A DNA stretch of 64,000 bases from Nibricoccus sp. (lineage in GTDB: Bacteria; Verrucomicrobiota; Verrucomicrobiia; Opitutales; Opitutaceae). The notes beneath the pieces are model-generated. The model had not been told where the DNA came from, did not search any database, and saw nothing but the letters and a program-made list of their open reading frames with translations. The stretch is taken from positions 4,736,001 through 4,800,000 of the forward strand of contig JASGHG010000001.1 in NCBI GenBank assembly GCA_047602425.1, given 5' to 3'. Position numbers and translations under genes: made by a program. The first letter of the stretch is position 1; each line of letters opens with the position of its first letter. Of the stretch, positions 1-10,091 are shown piece by piece.

Positions 1-875
1 GCGACGTTTCCCGCTCGGGCGAAGGCGCCGGCCTTGAATCGCTCGCGCAACTCATCGCCGATCCCATCCCGGACGACGCGCTTGTCCTCCACCCGGAGTT
101 GCGCGCCGAACTCGACGCCCTTCTCTCCCGCTGCCATCACCGCGATGGCCTGACTTCCAACCTCGGCGCGGCTTCCGCCACCCGCTACACCGCCGGCGTG
201 CGCGCTCTTTTTGTCGGACCATCCGGTACCGGCAAAACCCTCGCCGCCTGCTGGCTCGCCACGCGCTTGGGGCTTCCCCTTTACCGTGTCGATCTTGCCA
301 ACATCAACAGCAAGTACATCGGCGAAACGGAGAAAAATCTCGCGCGCCTTCTCGCCCGCGCCGAGCGCACCGAGGCCGTCCTTCTTTTCGACGAGGCCGA
401 TTCCCTTTTCGGCAAACGCACCGACGTTCGCGAATCCAACGATCGTTTCGCCAATGCCCAAACCAATTACCTGCTCCAACGCATCGAGACCTTCGACAGT
501 ATTGCCATCCTGACCAGCAATAGTCGCGCGCGTTTCGACAACGCGTTTTCCCGTCGCCTCGATCTCATCGTCGAGTTTCCCTTGCCCGCACCCGCCGAGC
601 GCCGCGCTCTCTGGCAGGCGCACCTCGGCGAGGCCCATTCGCTCACGATGCAGGAACTCAATCTCCTTGCAGGTCAGTGCGATTTTGCCGGCGGCCAGAT
701 TCGAAATGTCGTGCTCACCGCCGCCGTCGCTGCCCGGGGCAACGGCCAGATCATCGACTTTGCCAAACTACTCCACGCGCTCCAAGCGGAGTATCGCAAG
801 GTCTCGCGGCCCATACCGCCCGCTCTCGTTGCGCAGAAACCGCCCATGGCAACCGTGTCCGCCCGCGCACTCTGA
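1..875 (+). CDS. AAA+ ATPase, eCIS-associated (Afp15/Pvc15-like), 5'-truncated by window edge
   Basis: Frame is open from base 3. Walker A GPSGTGKT, pore loop SKYIGETEKNL, Walker B LLFDEADSLFGKR, then 'NDRFANAQTNYLLQRIE', typical of eCIS-locus ATPases. Its stop overlaps the ATG of a DUF4157 gene (TGATG). Confidence 0.88.
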   Translation, partial: DVSRSGEGAGLESLAQLIADPIPDDALVLHPELRAELDALLSRCHHRDGLTSNLGAASATRYTAGVRALFVGPSGTGKTLAACWLATRLGLPLYRVDLANINSKYIGETEKNLARLLARAERTEAVLLFDEADSLFGKRTDVRESNDRFANAQTNYLLQRIETFDSIAILTSNSRARFDNAFSRRLDLIVEFPLPAPAERRALWQAHLGEAHSLTMQELNLLAGQCDFAGGQIRNVVLTAAVAARGNGQIIDFAKLLHALQAEYRKVSRPIPPALVAQKPPMATVSARAL

Positions 876-3800
876 TGGCGAACCGCTCCTTCAATCCTGT
901 GCTCACCCGACGAGCCGCGCCGGCTCCCAAGACCGCTGCGCGTCCTGTCGCGCAGACGCGCGTGACCGGAGCCGCCGCGGGCACGCCGCGCTTCGCCGCG
1001 TCGCTTCCTAAACCAGTTGGTATCAGCCAGCGCAACGACCGGTGGGAAAATGAGGCGCGCCGCGTTTCGTCCTCCGTTCGTCACTTCTCGCCCGCGACGC
1101 AGCACGGTCCTGCGCCATTTGTTCCTTCTTCCGCAACGCCGGTCGCGACCGATACCGCCCGCGCCAAACCGCTTCACCGTCCACCGGGCGCGCGTTCCAT
1201 CGCCACGCGCGCTGCTTCCGCGAATACGTTTCACGCGGTGCCAAAGGTTTACCCGGGCTTTTCGCCCGCGACCAGTTTTCCCACTGCCAATGGTCCTCCG
1301 GTCCACGACATCACGCCCACTGCTCCCCTCGGCGGTAGCTCAGGGTCGCCTTTGAATCCTGTGATCCGCCAGCGCCTCGAATCCGTTCTCGGAGTAAAAC
1401 TTTCCTCCGTTCGAGTGCACACCGGTCCCGTTGCTGACCAAGCCGCGGCTCAATATGAAGCACGCGCCTTTACGGTTGGCAGTAATATTTATTTGCGCTC
1501 TGGCGAGAGCCCCGCGGACTTGGAATTGATCTCGCACGAGACAGCCCACGCCGTCCAACAAAGCGCGACACTTCACGCCGCTTCTCCCCGCGGTCCGCCA
1601 TCGTCCGGAAGCCACTCCATTTCCCGCGCTCCCCTCGGCATGGTGCAACGCTGGGAGACTCCCGGATGGCTGAAGGCCACGGGCAGTGCCATTGCCCACC
1701 CGATCGATACCGCGGGTAAAGTTGTCGATGCCGGAGCCGGCCTCATCGCCGAAGGTTTCTGGGCGGTCGTCGACAAGCTCGCTCCGCAAAAAATCCGCGA
1801 GCTGCTGCACGATATCAAAGACCACGGTTTCATCGGCGTGCTGAAGACCAAGGTTAGCGCCGCCCTCGATTTTGTTTTCAGTTCGCTCAAAGCCCAAGGC
1901 GGTACCGCTGCGAAAATCGCGACGGTTTTCGAAACGCTCATCGCCAAGGCCAAGCCCATCCTCGCCGCGCTCGCCGCCGGCGATTGCAAACCACTCTTTG
2001 CCGCCGTCAAAAGTCTCGGCGATATCCTCGGCAAAATGGCCGGCGATGCCTGGGACAAAATCACGACGTTCCTGAAGCCCGTCGGCGATTGGCTCAGCAA
2101 TGTCTGGAATAAATTCGGCGCACCCGTCGTCGATTTTCTCAAGGAGTTCGCCGCCGACACCTGGGACTGGATCAAAAACGTCGGTCAGGAACTGTGGGAT
2201 CTCACCAAGCCCGTGCGCGACTTCTACTCCGGCGCGTGGACCGAAATCAAAAACCTACTCGGCTTTGGCGAAGGCACCGATGACGATGGTTCTGGCGGTT
2301 TGGTCGGCTGGATCAAGGAAAAGGCCGGCGAAGTCTGGGACGGTATCAAAACCGAGCTCAAACCGATCATCGATCCGATCAAAAACGCGGCGACTGCCAT
2401 CGTCGATTTCCTCCCGATTCAGGACATCCTCAACCTCCGCGAAAAAATCACCGAGTGGATGGACAAGGCCACTGCCATGGCCGACAACATGGACGCTCCC
2501 GACGATCTCGCGGAGAACAAGGACCTGCTCCACGACATCATCCTGCCCGGCATCAAACGCGCCATCGTCAAGCTTCGTGGAAAAGTGGTCGAAGCCTCGA
2601 CGTGGGCCACGACCAAAATCGGCGGCATCGTCACCAAGGTTACCGATTTCTTCACCACGCTCTCCGGCAACACGCTGCTTTCGCCGCTCAAGGGCGTCAT
2701 TCAGTGGCTCAGTGACGAAGCGGTCAAAATCGGCACATGGGCCACAGAAAAGGTGGCGGGCCTCTTCGCCAGTGCCGACCTTGCTCTCGTCACGCTCGAT
2801 TTGTGGATCGAGCCAATCGTCAACGCACTCGGCAAACTCATCTCCGCGCTCGGCGATCTCATGGGTCGTCTCGGCGACCTCATCCTCGGACCGCTCCTAC
2901 TCGTGCCGAAATGTATCCGCGACCCGATCAAGGATTTCATTGTTACTAAAATCCTGTCGCAAATTCCGGTCTTCGCGCAACTCGTGGAATTACCCGCCAT
3001 CTGGGCAAAAGTTTCGCCGGCATTCCGCGCTGCCATCGTCGCCGTTTTCCAAGACGGCAATCTCTTCCGCGCTGCATGGATTTTCTTCCGCACCGTGCTC
3101 GATCTGCTCGGCGTGCCGCCGCAGCTCGTCACGAACCTGATTCGCAACGCCGCGAAGGCGATCAAGGACGTGCTCAAGGATCCCATCGGTTTCCTCGGCA
3201 ACGTGCTCGAGGCGATGAAGCTCGGTCTGCAACAATTCATCGACAACATCGGCAAACATCTCCTCAAAGGCGCTGTCGACTGGTTGTTGAGCGGCGTGAA
3301 AGGCCCCGGCATCAAAATTGCCGATCCATTCGTTATCAATCTCAAGAACGTCCTCGATCTCGTTCTTCAGGTGCTCGACCTGACGATGGAAAAGATTTTC
3401 CAGCGCATCGAAAAGAAGAAGGGCAAGGACGTCGCCGACAAGTGCCGCAAGATCGTCAAGGTCGTCGACAAGGCGCTCGAATGGATTTCCGTCCTCATCA
3501 ACGAAGGTCCCTCCGGCCTCTGGAAACACGTCCAGAAAGAGCTTAGCAACCTCTGGGACACCATGCTGGGCATGGTCATCGACTATCTCATCGGGAAAAT
3601 TGTCCAGCAGGCGACGATCTGGGTGACGAAGACACTCGCGAGCGGCGGTCTCAGCGTGATCATCGACGCAATCAAGGCTGTCTACGATGCCCTCCAAGTC
3701 GTCGCGCAGTACTTGAAGCAGATGCTCGAAGTCGCGAACTCGGTCTGCGAAGGCATTATCGACATCGCCAAAGGCGTGCTCACGAAGGGCGCCAACATGG

Positions 3801-4990
3801 TGGAAAACGCCGCCGCCCGCCTGATCCCGATGGTCCTCGCCTTCCTTGCCCGCACGCTCGGCATCGGCGATTTGCCGGTGGTGATTGGTGAGGGGATCCA
3901 GAAAGTCCGCAAGAAAGTCGAGGACGCCATCGATACGCTCATCGACAAGACCTTCGCCCTGATCGACTGGGCCAAGCAAAAAGGCAAAGACGCCGTCGAT
4001 AAATTACTCAACTGGTGGAAAGTCAGTGAGGACATCAAGGCCGACGATGGCACCACCCATCATGCGAAGCTGGAGGGTGAGCCGCCTGCTCCGGTTAAAC
4101 TTGTCATCGCCAGCGAACCGATGGATGGAGCCGCCGCGATCAAAGCTATCGACAAAAACGAAGATCTTACCGATGCCGAGAAGACGACCTTTAAGGCACA
4201 GGCCACAACGAAGAAGGACGCCATCGAAGCCTCAGTGAAAAAACTCGAGGGCATGAAAAATGTCGAAAGCGCGGGCAATAAACCCAGCGACAAATCGCTA
4301 CGCGACAAAGCGCTCAGCGATGAAACTGACAAATTGCGGGGTTACGTGCGCGAACTTGCTTCGATTCTGGAAAAGTCACTGTTCTCCACCGTGCCGTGGT
4401 CGGAGATTCCGGACACCAAACCATCGCCCGCTTATGGTTCCGGCGCTGCGTCCTCCATGAAAGCCGATCCGTTGACCAATCTTGGAGACGGTGGTTCGGA
4501 GCCGGAAAGTGGCCATGAACCTAAGGGTTGGTTCGAGCTTCAGGAAGCCGGATTTACTGAGGGTGGCTATCGCTACAAGCAGATGCACCTCGTCAATGCT
4601 CGCTTCGGCGGCAAGGGTGTGCGCAACAACCTCACGCCTGGATCGCACCAGAATAATTCGGACCACTTGGGCTCGGTTGAGAATCCCCTCAAGGAACTTG
4701 TCGGCAATGCCCGTGGCGACAGAACCAAGAAGGGTTATCTCTGGTATTCGGTTAAAGTGAATTACGGTGCGGCAAATCGCGGGCCCAAATGGCCGGATTC
4801 ATTCATCAGCAAAAAGACCGGACAGCCTGTCCGCCTGAAAGGCGTTCTGAGCAAGGCCGACTTCGCAGAATCCATCCAATGCGAATGGGGCGTCTACAAG
4901 CGCACCAATAAAAAGTGGACTAAACAAACGTCGGCCATCGGAAGTTTCTCCGTCGGCCCTATCCCGTTGCCACCCTTCGAGACCGTCTAA
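875..4990 (+). CDS. DUF4157 (eCIS core domain) protein with long helical body and C-terminal His-Me-finger nuclease-like toxin domain, 1371 aa
   Basis: Start reassigned to ATG 875 (overlaps upstream stop). DUF4157 'GSPLNPVIRQRLE...VRVHTG...ARAFTVGSNIY...SHETAHAVQQ' with HExxH. C-terminus 'QMHLVNARFGGKGVRNNLTPGSHQNN' resembles DNA/RNA non-specific endonuclease toxins. Confidence 0.85.
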   Translation: MANRSFNPVLTRRAAPAPKTAARPVAQTRVTGAAAGTPRFAASLPKPVGISQRNDRWENEARRVSSSVRHFSPATQHGPAPFVPSSATPVATDTARAKPLHRPPGARSIATRAASANTFHAVPKVYPGFSPATSFPTANGPPVHDITPTAPLGGSSGSPLNPVIRQRLESVLGVKLSSVRVHTGPVADQAAAQYEARAFTVGSNIYLRSGESPADLELISHETAHAVQQSATLHAASPRGPPSSGSHSISRAPLGMVQRWETPGWLKATGSAIAHPIDTAGKVVDAGAGLIAEGFWAVVDKLAPQKIRELLHDIKDHGFIGVLKTKVSAALDFVFSSLKAQGGTAAKIATVFETLIAKAKPILAALAAGDCKPLFAAVKSLGDILGKMAGDAWDKITTFLKPVGDWLSNVWNKFGAPVVDFLKEFAADTWDWIKNVGQELWDLTKPVRDFYSGAWTEIKNLLGFGEGTDDDGSGGLVGWIKEKAGEVWDGIKTELKPIIDPIKNAATAIVDFLPIQDILNLREKITEWMDKATAMADNMDAPDDLAENKDLLHDIILPGIKRAIVKLRGKVVEASTWATTKIGGIVTKVTDFFTTLSGNTLLSPLKGVIQWLSDEAVKIGTWATEKVAGLFASADLALVTLDLWIEPIVNALGKLISALGDLMGRLGDLILGPLLLVPKCIRDPIKDFIVTKILSQIPVFAQLVELPAIWAKVSPAFRAAIVAVFQDGNLFRAAWIFFRTVLDLLGVPPQLVTNLIRNAAKAIKDVLKDPIGFLGNVLEAMKLGLQQFIDNIGKHLLKGAVDWLLSGVKGPGIKIADPFVINLKNVLDLVLQVLDLTMEKIFQRIEKKKGKDVADKCRKIVKVVDKALEWISVLINEGPSGLWKHVQKELSNLWDTMLGMVIDYLIGKIVQQATIWVTKTLASGGLSVIIDAIKAVYDALQVVAQYLKQMLEVANSVCEGIIDIAKGVLTKGANMVENAAARLIPMVLAFLARTLGIGDLPVVIGEGIQKVRKKVEDAIDTLIDKTFALIDWAKQKGKDAVDKLLNWWKVSEDIKADDGTTHHAKLEGEPPAPVKLVIASEPMDGAAAIKAIDKNEDLTDAEKTTFKAQATTKKDAIEASVKKLEGMKNVESAGNKPSDKSLRDKALSDETDKLRGYVRELASILEKSLFSTVPWSEIPDTKPSPAYGSGAASSMKADPLTNLGDGGSEPESGHEPKGWFELQEAGFTEGGYRYKQMHLVNARFGGKGVRNNLTPGSHQNNSDHLGSVENPLKELVGNARGDRTKKGYLWYSVKVNYGAANRGPKWPDSFISKKTGQPVRLKGVLSKADFAESIQCEWGVYKRTNKKWTKQTSAIGSFSVGPIPLPPFETV

Positions 4991-4993
4991 TCC

Positions 4994-7900
4994 ATGCCCG
5001 CGCCCACCTTCAGCCCCAAGACCATCCGCCGCACGGCTGCTCCAGCCGCGCCGGTTCGGCGTGCGGTCAAAGCGGCGGCTCATGTTCAAGGCGCCTCTTC
5101 CGGCATGCCACGTTTTGCCCGCACTTCGCAACCGGTTGCGGCGACTCCCACCGCCAAAATCGCTCCGGCTGTCTCGTCGCCCGCGGCAACGCGACCCGTT
5201 TCAGCCGCGAAGAAAACTCCATCCACCACAGTTGTTCCAACCACAGTTCCGGCTACACCCGATATCCGGTCCCGTTTCGCGCCGCCTGCCAAATCTCCTC
5301 TGCCCCGTCCACTCCCTCTCGTCACTTCGCCGGGCGACCGCTGGGAGCGCGAAGCGCACGATTTTGCCGATTTCGCTACCCGCTTTAATGACCGTCCAAA
5401 ACAATTACTTTCGTCCACAAAACTGGCACCTCTCGTCGCTCCCGTTACGACTTTGCCGATCGTGAGCAGTTCCGGAGCGCCGCTGCCGACCGCCCTGAGC
5501 CGCAAAATCGAAGCTGCCACCGGCCACGGCGTAAGCAGCATTCGTGTCCACGATAACAAAGAAGCGCAACATGCCGCTCAAAGCCTGAAGGCGCACGCTT
5601 TCACCGTTGGCTCCAATATCTATCTAGGTCCAACGGCCAATCCTTCCGATCAGCGGTTGCTCGCTCACGAAACTGCGCACACTTTCCAACAAACATCTGA
5701 AATTCGAGCGTTCAAACCTGCGCTCAAAAGCGCTCAGTCCGCGCGAGGTCCACCAAGGTCACGCATTGATGAAACTGCAGCGCCACGCCTCGACGCGTCG
5801 GTGCCTCAACTCACGCGAGCGCCTCACGGCGCAGTACAACGTTTGGAACTCGATCCTTTGCTGCCGATCGCGACCTATGCGGTCAGCCCGCTTCTTGGGC
5901 CCGTTCTCCTGCCGACGGTACAGTTGGGATCGCGTGGTCTTTTGACGCGTTCGCTTCAGGACACGTTGGACCAGATGCTGTCCGGCGGACTATCGAGAAC
6001 GTTGTCGTTTGTCACCGATAACAGCCTGGAAGTTTTGCTCAGCACTTTCGCGCTCAAGCCCGGCCACTTCTCCTGGCCGCTTGCTTGGTTCCGCGGCTCC
6101 TTGCCCATCATAGAATATTCCAGCCGCGCACAGGATCTTCTTTCCAACAGCCCGCAAGATACTTTTGCCGACAGCCTTCGCGGTTTGAGCCAGATGCTTC
6201 GTGCCGTATTCAATGGAAACTGGCGCTGGCTCGCTGAATCGTTCACCGCAACCCAGCTCTCGTATGCCCAACTCAGGATAAAAATCGGCGCAACGCTGGG
6301 CGATCTCGGCGGCTATATTGGTCAAGCCCAACTCGGCCGACGCCTCGATAGTCTCGCCGACGATCTCCGCGCCAACGCGGCCGTTCTCGATGGTTTCCCG
6401 ACGCTGCGCGCCGACGTGGCTGAGATTCTCGGCTTCATCGATTTCAACAGCCCTACCGCAACGCTCGTCACTTGGGTTGAAAACATCCGCAATGCAGCCC
6501 TCTACGTTCCGTCGCACCTCAAGTCGATCGCCACGGGAATCGAAACCTCTCTGCAACTGGTCGAACCACTCGACCTGCTCCGCGATCTCGGCAAAGGTAC
6601 GCAGACCTTGCGCGACCTCCTCGACGAAGCCGCCGATGCGGTCGAGGAACCCGATAACGTCGCCGACGATGGCCGCCTGTTCAAAGTTGTGCTTCCCGGC
6701 ATCACGAACCAAGCGCGATGGCTCGGGCTCGCCATTGGCGACGCCGCAATTTGGCCGTCCACCTTGTCGCTTTCCTTCCTTGAGGGGGTCCAGAACTGGA
6801 CCACGCAGCTCCACGATATCGGCTATGGGCTTCACGATTGGGTCGAAGCTACGGCCCGGGAAATATTCTTATGGATTTCCGACGTCTTCGACACCTCCTT
6901 CGCGACGTTGGAACAAATCTTCACGCTTTACGACAACTGGACCGAACCACTCGAAGATCTTTTCTCCGCCATGGCGCCGGCCATGACCGATGAGAACACC
7001 AAAGAGGTAAAACCGCCTTTCCTTATCCGCGCGCTTCGAAAACTCGGCGTCCCCGAAGAGCTGCTCAGCCAACTCCAGGCTCACATCAAGAGTCTCGGCA
7101 AAGTTCTCAAGCACCCGTTCAAATTCTTCCGCAATCTCACCTCTGCAATCGTCAAAGGCCTCTACAACTTCGCCGGCAATATCGGACGTCATCTTTTCGA
7201 AGGTATCGCCGCCTGGATTCTCGGCGACTTGCCGATCGCAATGCCAAAATCCTTCGACCTGCCGAGCATTTTTGCGTCCCTCGCCACCTTGCTCGGCCTG
7301 ACGCTCGATCACGTGCTCGATGTTTTGGAGCGCAAGTATCCTGGTGTTGGTCGAAAGGTTCGGCGCGCGCTCGCCGCCGGTACGCTCGCGATCAAATGGC
7401 TGCGGCTCATCTATGAAAAAAAATACGCTGAGCTCTGGGAGGAATTGAAGGCCGAGATCTCGACGTTCTGGTCACAAATCATCGAACAGGTCCAACAAAC
7501 CGTGATCAACATTCTCATCGAGGGTGGCATCACGCTGTTGATGAATTTTCTCACGCCTGGACTCCGTCAGGCGGTTAGCATTATCCGAAAAATCTACCAA
7601 ATCATCAAAAACCTGAAAGCCCAGGCCACTCGCATGATGGGCGTCGTCAATGCGATTTTCCAAAGCATCGACGACATCGTGGAAGGCAAACTCGACAAAG
7701 CCATCGAGTTTGTCGAAAAAACCGCGGTCAAGGTGCTGCACGTCGCTATCCGTTTCTTCGCCGATTGGCTTGGACTTGGCGACATCCCAGCCAAGATCCG
7801 CAAGGCCGTCGACGAGGTCCGCAGCTTTATCGACAAAGGCATCGAGAAGATCATCGATTTCGCCAAAAAGGTTTGGGAGTGGCTCGGCGAAACCGTCGCA

Positions 7901-8749
7901 TCCGTCCTTGAGTGGTGGAAAAACAAAAATGTCTTCCGCAACGAAGCCGGGGAAATTCACACCCTCTACTTCGACGAGAAGATGAACTCCAGCAGCCCGC
8001 CTCTTGCTGTCGCCACCACCCCCAAGGTTCTGAAGGACTACATTGCCGACTACAAAAAGAAGAACACGACCACCGTCGCCGAGGACAAACTCATTGCAAA
8101 AATCGAAACGCATGCTGCCGAGATTGATCGCATCAAGGCCAAAACTGCGGGAAGTTTCGGACAAAAAGATGGCGAAGACATCCGCGCGCACTTCGACGAG
8201 ATCGCCAAACTCCTCGCATCCCTCGGGCGGCCGGAAACCGTCCCTCCAAGCAATGTCAAATGGCTCACGCTTTCTGGAAAGTACAACGATGGCCACGACA
8301 TGACGGCCGATCCGCTTACCCTTGATCCCGGCGGTAATGAGGGGAGCCAACCTTTCGAATCCTCCAAACTCTGGAACGCTGTCAACCAACGCTCGATGAC
8401 CTATATCCGTGGTCACCTCCTGAATCATCATGTGCACGGCCCCGGTGCCATCAAAAACCTCATTCCCATCACCCGCTCGGCCAACGGTCGCATGGAACGC
8501 ATTGGCGAAACGTATGTGAAGGAAGCGGTCATCGGTCAGAAAAAGGTGATCCACTACAGGGTCTGGGCCAAGTTTCACGATCCAAAGCCCAAGCGGAAAT
8601 ACATCCCCGAAGAAGCAGAACTGCCAAAGGAAATTTATATGATGGCCTACTACAAAAACAAAAAAGGCAATCGCTGGGAGACCGACTTCTCCAACCCCTT
8701 TGTCTCCGAAGTCGTGCCGAACGATCTACCTGCCGACACCAAACCCTAG
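4994..8749 (+). CDS. Second DUF4157 protein with C-terminal non-specific endonuclease toxin domain, 1251 aa
   Basis: DUF4157 'GAPLPTALSRKIE...IRVHD...AHAFTVGSNIY...AHETAHTFQQ'. C-terminus 'YIRGHLLNHHVHGPGAIKNLIPITRSAN' carries the RGH...N nuclease motif. Starts 3 bp after the paralog. Confidence 0.87.
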   Translation: MPAPTFSPKTIRRTAAPAAPVRRAVKAAAHVQGASSGMPRFARTSQPVAATPTAKIAPAVSSPAATRPVSAAKKTPSTTVVPTTVPATPDIRSRFAPPAKSPLPRPLPLVTSPGDRWEREAHDFADFATRFNDRPKQLLSSTKLAPLVAPVTTLPIVSSSGAPLPTALSRKIEAATGHGVSSIRVHDNKEAQHAAQSLKAHAFTVGSNIYLGPTANPSDQRLLAHETAHTFQQTSEIRAFKPALKSAQSARGPPRSRIDETAAPRLDASVPQLTRAPHGAVQRLELDPLLPIATYAVSPLLGPVLLPTVQLGSRGLLTRSLQDTLDQMLSGGLSRTLSFVTDNSLEVLLSTFALKPGHFSWPLAWFRGSLPIIEYSSRAQDLLSNSPQDTFADSLRGLSQMLRAVFNGNWRWLAESFTATQLSYAQLRIKIGATLGDLGGYIGQAQLGRRLDSLADDLRANAAVLDGFPTLRADVAEILGFIDFNSPTATLVTWVENIRNAALYVPSHLKSIATGIETSLQLVEPLDLLRDLGKGTQTLRDLLDEAADAVEEPDNVADDGRLFKVVLPGITNQARWLGLAIGDAAIWPSTLSLSFLEGVQNWTTQLHDIGYGLHDWVEATAREIFLWISDVFDTSFATLEQIFTLYDNWTEPLEDLFSAMAPAMTDENTKEVKPPFLIRALRKLGVPEELLSQLQAHIKSLGKVLKHPFKFFRNLTSAIVKGLYNFAGNIGRHLFEGIAAWILGDLPIAMPKSFDLPSIFASLATLLGLTLDHVLDVLERKYPGVGRKVRRALAAGTLAIKWLRLIYEKKYAELWEELKAEISTFWSQIIEQVQQTVINILIEGGITLLMNFLTPGLRQAVSIIRKIYQIIKNLKAQATRMMGVVNAIFQSIDDIVEGKLDKAIEFVEKTAVKVLHVAIRFFADWLGLGDIPAKIRKAVDEVRSFIDKGIEKIIDFAKKVWEWLGETVASVLEWWKNKNVFRNEAGEIHTLYFDEKMNSSSPPLAVATTPKVLKDYIADYKKKNTTTVAEDKLIAKIETHAAEIDRIKAKTAGSFGQKDGEDIRAHFDEIAKLLASLGRPETVPPSNVKWLTLSGKYNDGHDMTADPLTLDPGGNEGSQPFESSKLWNAVNQRSMTYIRGHLLNHHVHGPGAIKNLIPITRSANGRMERIGETYVKEAVIGQKKVIHYRVWAKFHDPKPKRKYIPEEAELPKEIYMMAYYKNKKGNRWETDFSNPFVSEVVPNDLPADTKP

Positions 8750-8804
8750 AGCACATACAATAAAACTGTAGCCGTAAATCGGTGTTGTGAACCGAGCTGT
8801 CTTC

Positions 8805-8821
8805 GTAGGGGCGCAGTCTTG
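8805..8821 (+). repeat. GTAG-type REP, left part of a copy interrupted by the IS481 element (continues 10141-10148)
   Basis: GTAGGGGCGCAGTCTTG plus CTGCGCCC (after the IS) rejoins to the exact reverse complement of the copy at 10169-10193. Confidence 0.85.
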
Positions 8822-8875
8822 TGTTTTGTACCGGGTTGTGGGTAACACATGTACCGCTAGTGAGGTAACACTTTT

Positions 8876-8917
8876 CAACTCATGGAAGAAGGGCCATGGC
8901 CCTTCTTCCATGAGTTG
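8876..8917. promoter_or_regulatory. Perfect 42-bp palindrome covering the transposase start codon
   Basis: CAACTCATGGAAGAAGGGCCATGGCCCTTCTTCCATGAGTTG is its own reverse complement. ATG 8910 lies in the right arm. Confidence 0.75.
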
Positions 8918-10091
8918 GGACAACAAAAATACAATCGCGCGACGGCACGAGTTTGTGACGTTCGCGCTTGCGGGCTCGATCAGTATGGTGGCCTTGTGTG
9001 AGCGTTTTGGCGTCAGTCGCAAAACCGGTTACAAGTGGTTGAGGCGTTTCCATGCACAAGGGCCCGCTGGCCTGGAAGACCGGCAGCGTGCACGCGTACG
9101 TCGCAGCAACCAGACCTCATGTTCGGTGGAGACGCGTGTGGTGAAGCTGCGCACGAAGCATCCTACCTGGGGAGCGCGCAAACTACATCGCAGGCTCTGC
9201 GATCTGGGCCACACTTGCATGCCGGCGGTGAGTACCTTCGCACGCATTCTTCGCCGGCGTGGGTGCATTCACCCGCGCCACAGTGCCGCACACCAGCCGA
9301 TGCAGTGTTTTGCCAGAGCCGAGCCCAATCAACTCTGGCAAATGGACTTCAAGGGCCACTTTGCCATGCAGCGCGGTGGCCGCTGCCATCCGCTCACGGT
9401 GCTCGACGACCACTCCCGCTTTTCCGTTGGGCTTGAAGCGTGTGCCAACGAGCAGACGGTGTGCGTGCGTGAGCGCTTGGAGCGCATCTTCACCTGCTAC
9501 GGCCTGCCCGAACAGATCCTTTGCGACAACGGCCCTCCTTGGGGCGGAACAGGGCCGGAGTTCACCCAGCTCAGCGTCTGGTTGCTGCGCCTGGGCGTGG
9601 AGGTCATCCACGGCAGGCCGTTTCATCCTCAGACCCAGGGCAAAGACGAACGTTTCCACCGCACCCTCAAGGCCGATCTTCTGGACCGCCTCGACTGGCG
9701 CGACCTCGCCCAGGCACAGCGACGCTTCGATGCGTACCGCCATCTCTACAATTATGACCGTCCACATGAAGCGCTTGATCTGGCCGTGCCAGCCTCCCGC
9801 TATCGCCCCAGTTCCCGCCGAATGCCAGCCAGGCTTCCCATCGCGCAGTATGAAGCCTCGGAGCTGGTCCACCTGGTGAAATCCAAGGGCGAGATCACCT
9901 TCCAAAACCGTTTCTTCTTCATCGGCCAGGCTTTCATCGGACTGCCTGTGGCGCTGCGACCCTGCGCAGCCCACGGCGTTTATCGGGTCTGCTACGCCGC
10001 ATTTACTCTCGGCCTTATCGATCTATCAAAACCAACCAATCTTCCCAAAGGCTGCTACCATCCCCTGCTTCGGCCTACTCATACACTGTAA
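8910..10091 (+). CDS. IS481-family DDE transposase, 393 aa
   Basis: N-terminal HTH 'LCERFGVSRKTGYKWLRRF', rve core 'WQMDFKG...DDHSRF...DNG...PQTQGKDERFHRT...YNYDRPHEAL'. Start moved to ATG 8910 inside the IS. Confidence 0.93.
   Translation: MSWDNKNTIARRHEFVTFALAGSISMVALCERFGVSRKTGYKWLRRFHAQGPAGLEDRQRARVRRSNQTSCSVETRVVKLRTKHPTWGARKLHRRLCDLGHTCMPAVSTFARILRRRGCIHPRHSAAHQPMQCFARAEPNQLWQMDFKGHFAMQRGGRCHPLTVLDDHSRFSVGLEACANEQTVCVRERLERIFTCYGLPEQILCDNGPPWGGTGPEFTQLSVWLLRLGVEVIHGRPFHPQTQGKDERFHRTLKADLLDRLDWRDLAQAQRRFDAYRHLYNYDRPHEALDLAVPASRYRPSSRRMPARLPIAQYEASELVHLVKSKGEITFQNRFFFIGQAFIGLPVALRPCAAHGVYRVCYAAFTLGLIDLSKPTNLPKGCYHPLLRPTHTL

Noticed and set aside
677..874. N-terminal extension of the 1437-aa ORF
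   Set aside because: It overlaps the ATPase out of frame. ATG 875 coupled to the ATPase stop is the better start.
1640..4020. Phage tape-measure protein or prophage
   Set aside because: The Trp-periodic helical region lies between DUF4157 and a nuclease domain, and no capsid, terminase or integrase genes are present.
8787..8909. Longer transposase start at 8787
   Set aside because: It begins outside the IS left end (8822) and runs through the REP and inverted repeat.
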